Assembly: GCA_965222095.1 (NCBI GenBank)
Contig: CBDCTD010000002.1
Coordinates: forward strand, 332,626-396,625
Source of the DNA: Bryobacterales bacterium
GTDB lineage: Bacteria; Acidobacteriota; Terriglobia; Bryobacterales; UBA6623
Direction: 5' to 3'
Length of the DNA: 64,000 bases
Shown: positions 59,508-64,000 of the stretch, one piece after another
Position numbering within the stretch: position 1 is the first letter of the stretch
How the letters are laid out: the number at the start of each line of letters is the position of its first letter
Position numbers and translations under genes: made by a program
The notes under the pieces: model-generated
Databases searched by the model: none
What the model saw: only the letters and a program-made list of their open reading frames with translations
What the model was told of the DNA's origin: nothing

Positions 59508-60692
59508 TCACTTCCAAACGCTGACATTGAACCGCGCGCCCACTGCGATCTGCACACCTGCTTGCAGGCTCACACCTTTCTTGGCCCGGACCGTTACGCT
59601 GCTAGTACTGGGGACGCTGAAGGATCGCACAGCCTTCACCGTGTCAGACGAGACGTAGCTATAGTCGCCCTTGTGTAAACCCTCCAGAGTGAAATTGTAG
59701 TTTTCGAGCCCCGGCGACGACGATAGGCCTTTGCGGACGGTCTTGATCGTGGCGTGAACCCTGCCCGTCTGATCCATCGTCATCAAATTCATGCAGCGGT
59801 CATCGGTGTAGTCCATATAGTTCTCAGTCTGAGTTCGAACTGAGCACGAGTCTCGGGAAGGTGGACAACCGCTAGTAGCAACCGCCACCGGTGGAGTGTC
59901 ACAGCACCGGTCACCATCTTTCGTACAATTATCATTCTTGCAGCCACCTTGAAAGGTGTGCCACAAATTGAGCCAGTGTCCGACTTCATGCGTCGTGGTT
60001 CGTCCCTGGTCGAACGGGCATTTCACGCTACCCACCTTGTCGCCGAAAGCGGTGTAAGTAACAACGACGCCATCTACGTCTGGCTTCGCTCCCGGAAAAG
60101 TGGCATAGCCCAGCAGTTTGTTTCCGAGGTTGCACACCCAGATGTTCAGGTACTTCGTGCTATCCCATGCATTAGACCCTCCCTTCGACGCGAACTTAAC
60201 CTTGTCGTCATCTGTGAATTCTCTGACATTAGTGGATTTCCTGATAATTCCGCCGGTCACCCTGCCCTGTGGATTACGCTGAGCCAACCGGAACTCCAGC
60301 CGGGTGTCGTCGCCGACCGGGTTTGTGTTATGACCAGGAGTACCGATGAATCTCCTGTAGTCTTCGTTGAGTACATTGATCTGAGAGAGAATCTGGGATT
60401 CTGGTATGTTCTGGCTTTGTTGGCTATACACGACATGCACAACCACAGGTATCACGAGGATCGGTCCTATCGGAGGTGCGCGGTGTCTCTCTCTTGTGAT
60501 TTCGGCTTGAATAGCGTTCTCGATCTCCACCATTCTCGATGACAGACTTGGGTCCTCACGCTGAAGGCGTTCGAGCACCTCCATCGTGCCACACCAATTC
60601 GCAGGTTTCTGAGCGACCGCTATACCAGGGATGAAAAGCAGCAAGAATACGGTCAGATAACTAAAGGGGGAGTGGCCGCGATTTCTAGACAT
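59508..60692 (-). CDS. M43 (pappalysin/ulilysin-like) zinc metalloprotease
   Basis: Signal peptide, propeptide CGT switch, IPVVVHVV, LNIWV, zinc motif HEVGHWLNLWH, Met-turn NYMDY, short beta C-terminal domain. Confidence 0.92.
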   Translation of the reverse strand: MSRNRGHSPFSYLTVFLLLFIPGIAVAQKPANWCGTMEVLERLQREDPSLSSRMVEIENAIQAEITRERHRAPPIGPILVIPVVVHVVYSQQSQNIPESQILSQINVLNEDYRRFIGTPGHNTNPVGDDTRLEFRLAQRNPQGRVTGGIIRKSTNVREFTDDDKVKFASKGGSNAWDSTKYLNIWVCNLGNKLLGYATFPGAKPDVDGVVVTYTAFGDKVGSVKCPFDQGRTTTHEVGHWLNLWHTFQGGCKNDNCTKDGDRCCDTPPVAVATSGCPPSRDSCSVRTQTENYMDYTDDRCMNLMTMDQTGRVHATIKTVRKGLSSSPGLENYNFTLEGLHKGDYSYVSSDTVKAVRSFSVPSTSSVTVRAKKGVSLQAGVQIAVGARFNVSVWK

Positions 60693-60901
60693 TTGTGAGC
60701 ATCTCCGCATCAGCCGAGCCTTGCAAGGTTCGTCGATATTGCACCTCTCATTGGCTTCTCACACGGATGGCCGCTTCAGCCCGGTTTGGCTTAACAGGGC
60801 GCATAAATCGGCCAGGCTGCGGGGATTTCAAGGAATGCAAACGCACTTAAGCAATGCCCGGGGTGCGACATAAGCTGCGTCCTTATTTTGCAGATGAGCT
60901 A

Positions 60902-62054
60902 GTGTAGTGCCACTAACGGTTCTGGACAATGGCGTGGGTTTTGGCGGCGCGCTCGACTTTGGCGAGGATATCTTGTGCCGGAGCTGTCCAGACAAAGGGC
61001 TTGGGCGCTTGGTTGCTCGCTTCCAGGTACTCGTGGATGGCGGCCTCGAGTTCGGGAACACTGCGGAACACGCCGCGGCGGATGCGCTTCTGTGTCAGCT
61101 CGCGGAACCAGCGCTCGACGAGATTGAGCCAAGAAGAAGACGTGGGAATGAAGTGAAAGTGGAAGCGGGGGTGCTTCGTGAGCCACTTCTTCACTTGCTC
61201 ATGCTTGTGCGTGGAGTAGTTGTCCACGATCAGATGCAGCTCCAGCGCCGGTGGCGTTTCGCGGTCGATCTTGCGTAGGAATTTGAGGAATTCCTGGTGC
61301 CGATGTCGCGGCAGACACTCGCCGATCACCTTGCCGTCGAGCACATTGAAGGCGGCGAACAACGTCGTTGTGCCATGTCGTTTGAAGTCGTGGGTCATGG
61401 TGCCGGCACGACCCCTTTTCAGGGGCAGTCCCGGCTGGCTGCGGTCTAAGGCCTGGATCTGACTTTTCTCATCGACACTGAGCACCAGCGCGTGCTCGGG
61501 CGGATTCAAGTACAGACCGACCACGTCGCGGAGTTTCTCGACGAACTGCTTGTCGCGGCTGAGCTTGAAAGTTTCGAGGCGATGGGGCTGCAGTCCGTGC
61601 GCTTTCCAGACGCGCTGGATGGCCATCTTGGAGACGCCCAAGTGCTTGGCGAGGGTGCGGGTGCTCCAATGCGTGGCCGCCCGGGGCTTCTCGTGAAGCG
61701 TTGTATCGAGGATGCATTGGACGAATTCAGCGGAGAGCGCCGGTTTGCGTCCGGGGCGCGTCCGATCGCGGAGTCCGTCGAGGCCGGACTGGGCGAAGCG
61801 CTTTCGCCACAGGATGACGGTCTTGCGGTTGACGCCGAGTTCGCGGGCAATGGCGTGGTTCGCCAACCCCTGCGCACACAGCAAAACAATGCCTGCCCGT
61901 AAGGCCATTTTCTGGGCTGTGTTGCCTCCTCGAACCAGGCGACGAAGAGCGTTTCGCTGCGGAGCGGTGAGGGGTAGAGCGTCAGCGGATGGCCACATAA
62001 ACCATCCTACCGTGAAAAGGGTGTTATTGTCTAAGTATTTATGTGGCACTACAC
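60902..62054 (-). mobile_element. IS630-family insertion sequence, copy 2 (1153 bp, inverted relative to copy 1)
   Basis: Same terminal repeats, TA duplication at 60900-60901 and 62055-62056. Confidence 0.93.
60913..61998 (-). CDS. IS630 transposase
   Basis: Matches copy 1 except QCILD vs QCTLD and KWLTK vs KWLAK; true start ATG 61998. Confidence 0.95.
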   Translation of the reverse strand: MWPSADALPLTAPQRNALRRLVRGGNTAQKMALRAGIVLLCAQGLANHAIARELGVNRKTVILWRKRFAQSGLDGLRDRTRPGRKPALSAEFVQCILDTTLHEKPRAATHWSTRTLAKHLGVSKMAIQRVWKAHGLQPHRLETFKLSRDKQFVEKLRDVVGLYLNPPEHALVLSVDEKSQIQALDRSQPGLPLKRGRAGTMTHDFKRHGTTTLFAAFNVLDGKVIGECLPRHRHQEFLKFLRKIDRETPPALELHLIVDNYSTHKHEQVKKWLTKHPRFHFHFIPTSSSWLNLVERWFRELTQKRIRRGVFRSVPELEAAIHEYLEASNQAPKPFVWTAPAQDILAKVERAAKTHAIVQNR

Positions 62055-62179
62055 TAGCTAGACGACGCACTTCGTCGATTTCGCGTTTGAGATCTTGCAA
62101 GGCAGCCGTAGCATCGAGCAAATCAGCTTGTACCCGCATTTTCAATTTGATGTATGACCTCCCGACCTTCCAGCGGCCT

Positions 62180-62437
62180 TCAGCGTCTTTATTCATAGGG
62201 GCTAGATCCCGATGAGGACGCCATGGAGGCCGACACCCAATGGGTGAAAAACAAACCAAGCCATTCCAGCTAAGTTTCAACGGCTTGTTGAAAGTCGATT
62301 TCCAAGGATCGCACGTCACTTCCGACGGCGGCCTGCTGCTAGTCCGCGAGTTGGACGAGCGACTCGGACTCGGCAAGTTGATCAACGAGCATCTCAGCGA
62401 CTCCCGGCAAGGCACAAACAAGCAGTTCACGTTGTAA
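62180..62437 (+). mobile_element. IS1380-family remnant (left end plus first 65 codons of the transposase)
   Basis: MGEKQTKPFQLSFNGLLKVDFQGSHVTSDGGLLLVRELDERLGL is a typical IS1380 N-terminus; truncated at about 62433. Left boundary approximate. Confidence 0.8.
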
Positions 62438-62977
62438 TGCTGCCACCGTCTTTTTGAGTGTCTGGATGTCATTGTCGTTCGCACTGGGCTTGCCCTGCGA
62501 ATAGACTCTGCCACTTTTAGCAATCAGGAGGTTCTTTGTTCCCCACGGATAATCAGTGGGTATGTTATCCATATATAGGTTTCCCTTGAGAGAGAGGTCA
62601 CCGGGCGCGCTGGCCTTCCCGATGGTGACACTGCCGCTCTCTGTGATAACGAACGCATTACCGACCCTATTTTTGTATCCAAAAACACGCCAAGATCCAT
62701 CTGTATCCAGGCCGGCGAAAAAGCCTATTTTGTCCGCAGCGTCGAAATACTCGACACCCGAGGTTGCATCGGCTCCTTTTCGGGCCCGTATTCGACCGTT
62801 CACATCAAGAACTGCCGTCGGCGAAGAAGTTTTGATGCCCACATTTCCTTTGCTGTCTACAGCAATACCCACTTGAGAGGTTTGGCCGATCGTGACAGGC
62901 ACCAAAGTGAAAAACAAGAGGACGACAGCAGGTGGGGCGGAGACGAGTGAACGGCTTTTAGGTCCGAAGACGCACAT
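62434..62977 (-). pseudogene. Secreted protein with tail-fibre/adhesin-like GNVGI repeat, C-terminus cut by the IS1380 remnant
   Basis: GAGGAGG RBS, signal peptide, DSKGNVGIKTSSPTAVLDVNG, start of a coiled coil DIQTLKKTVAALQ, then runs into IS sequence. Confidence 0.65.
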
Positions 62978-63177
62978 GACGACCTCCTCGTTTGACTCGC
63001 GTAGCGGCGAACGCTCTGGGGTTTAGGCAGCAGGGAATTCCACAGGGTGGCCGGGTTTTGTCGCGATTTGTCAGAATGTTCAGCGATTATATTAGATCAT
63101 ACGATTCAGGAAGTCAACGCCGCTTAAGAGCGCAGTTGTTTCGGTGGCCCGGGGCAGCTGGATGGGGGTCGAAGCTG

Positions 63178-63203
63178 GAGCGGCGGGCGAGAACCCGCCG
63201 CTC
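63178..63203 (-). terminator. 10-bp GC hairpin after the gene remnant
   Basis: GAGCGGCGGG-cgagaa-CCCGCCGCTC. Confidence 0.45.
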
Positions 63204-63213
63204 CGCCGAGCGA

Positions 63214-63317
63214 TTAGCCGTTGGCCGACTTCTGCTGCAGCTCGAAGATGCGCGAGTGCGCAAGGTCAGCGACTTTGGCGAGCGTGAGCAGCTCGTCTCG
63301 GCCGAAGCTCTGAGTAC
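63214..63317 (-). pseudogene. 3' remnant of a small conserved mobile-element-associated protein
   Basis: TQSFGRDELLTLAKVADLAHSRIFELQQKSANG* resembles the C-terminus of small PVC-group hypothetical proteins (from memory); no start or N-terminal half upstream. Confidence 0.5.
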
Positions 63318-63621
63318 ATAGGCAGATTGCTCTAAAAAGTAGCAGGGAACTGGAAGGCTAAGGCGTTCTTCGCCCGCCCGCCACCGGGAAATCTTACGCG
63401 GTACTCAATCGTTTTTACCTACCAACCGCGACCCGTCGTTTTCGCGGAAATCTCAGTTGAGAACCAACTTCCCTAGGCATATCTACGAGATAGCCGTCGC
63501 TGGATCGGACGCGACGGCTTGACCACGATTCTGGCATGCGGTTTGCATTCCTCCCTGCCGTAAACGAGCGAACAGGACTTCCCGCTGCCGGGAAGGATTC
63601 CAAAAAAGGGAGGAAAGTTCG

Positions 63622-64000
63622 ATGAACATCACAAAACCAGCACCCGAACAGGAAGAGGAAAAGTCATCCGGTACACGGAAAACCGTCGCAATAACCGTCG
63701 TGATCGCGTTTCTGCTGATAGGCAACGTGTATCTGCTGTCGCGCGTGAATCGAGCTCAAGTCGAAGCCTCGACGCTGCAGGAAAACACGCAGGAAGACAT
63801 TGCCCGCCTGGAAGAGCAATTGGCCTTCCGATCGCTCCAAGCCAACCGCGATCTCGAGGCGGTACGGAAGGAACTCGACAAGGCCCGCCGCGACGCAGAC
63901 AAACAAGCTGTGAAGCAAGCTTCGAACTATACGGAACGGCTAAGCCGGAAAGTATCCGAGCGGCAACGGCAGCGACAAGAGACTGTGTTGGGTGAAATCA
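63622..64000 (+). CDS. Membrane-anchored coiled-coil protein (partial, runs off window end)
   Basis: GGGAGG RBS, ATG 63622, TM TVAITVVIAFLLIGNVYLL, then a heptad-rich region; open to the end of the window. Confidence 0.75.
   Translation, partial: MNITKPAPEQEEEKSSGTRKTVAITVVIAFLLIGNVYLLSRVNRAQVEASTLQENTQEDIARLEEQLAFRSLQANRDLEAVRKELDKARRDADKQAVKQASNYTERLSRKVSERQRQRQETVLGEI

Noticed and set aside
60913-62523. 536-aa transposase with a long N-terminal extension
   Set aside because: The IS ends at 62054 and copy 1 starts at the equivalent of ATG 61998. The extension is chance readthrough across flanking DNA and the antisense IS1380 stub.

Overview
A 64 kb GC-rich bacterial chromosome segment. 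The gene repertoire (paired acidobacterial-type VWA proteins, a Ser/Thr kinase-TPR protein, bamA-skp, rsmB-rpe-bamD) suggests Acidobacteriota, probably Bryobacterales-like; this is inference, not a database result. Most of it is housekeeping: sodA, bamA/skp/bamD, grpE-dnaJ, yajQ, rpe, rsmB, mlaEFD, pyrG, pckA, nth. The main find is a roughly 14 kb cluster (27821-41673) under an adjacent FadR/GntR regulator. It couples a cobalamin methyl-transfer module (MtaA-like Zn methyltransferase, corrinoid protein, ASKHA reductive activator, MetF-MetV fusion, methyl-THF:corrinoid methyltransferase) to an acetoin-dehydrogenase-like E1a/E1b/E2 complex and Fhs. It includes two uncharacterised Cys/His-motif proteins and no recognisable MttB/MtaB-type substrate methyltransferase. 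Other oddities that the ORF track hides: a peroxiredoxin with in-frame UGA at its catalytic Cys position plus downstream hairpins (probable selenoprotein), a tandem-domain Maf whose second domain lacks catalytic residues, an in-frame RsbW-STAS fusion with an internal ribosome-binding site, a kinase/STAS pair heading the Mla operon, a 183-nt 6S-like structured RNA, a 156-bp MITE family, several REP families, a frameshifted beta-propeller gene, and a mobile-element-scarred island (two inverted IS630 copies, an IS1380 stub, an M43 protease). No rRNA, tRNA or CRISPR array was seen.
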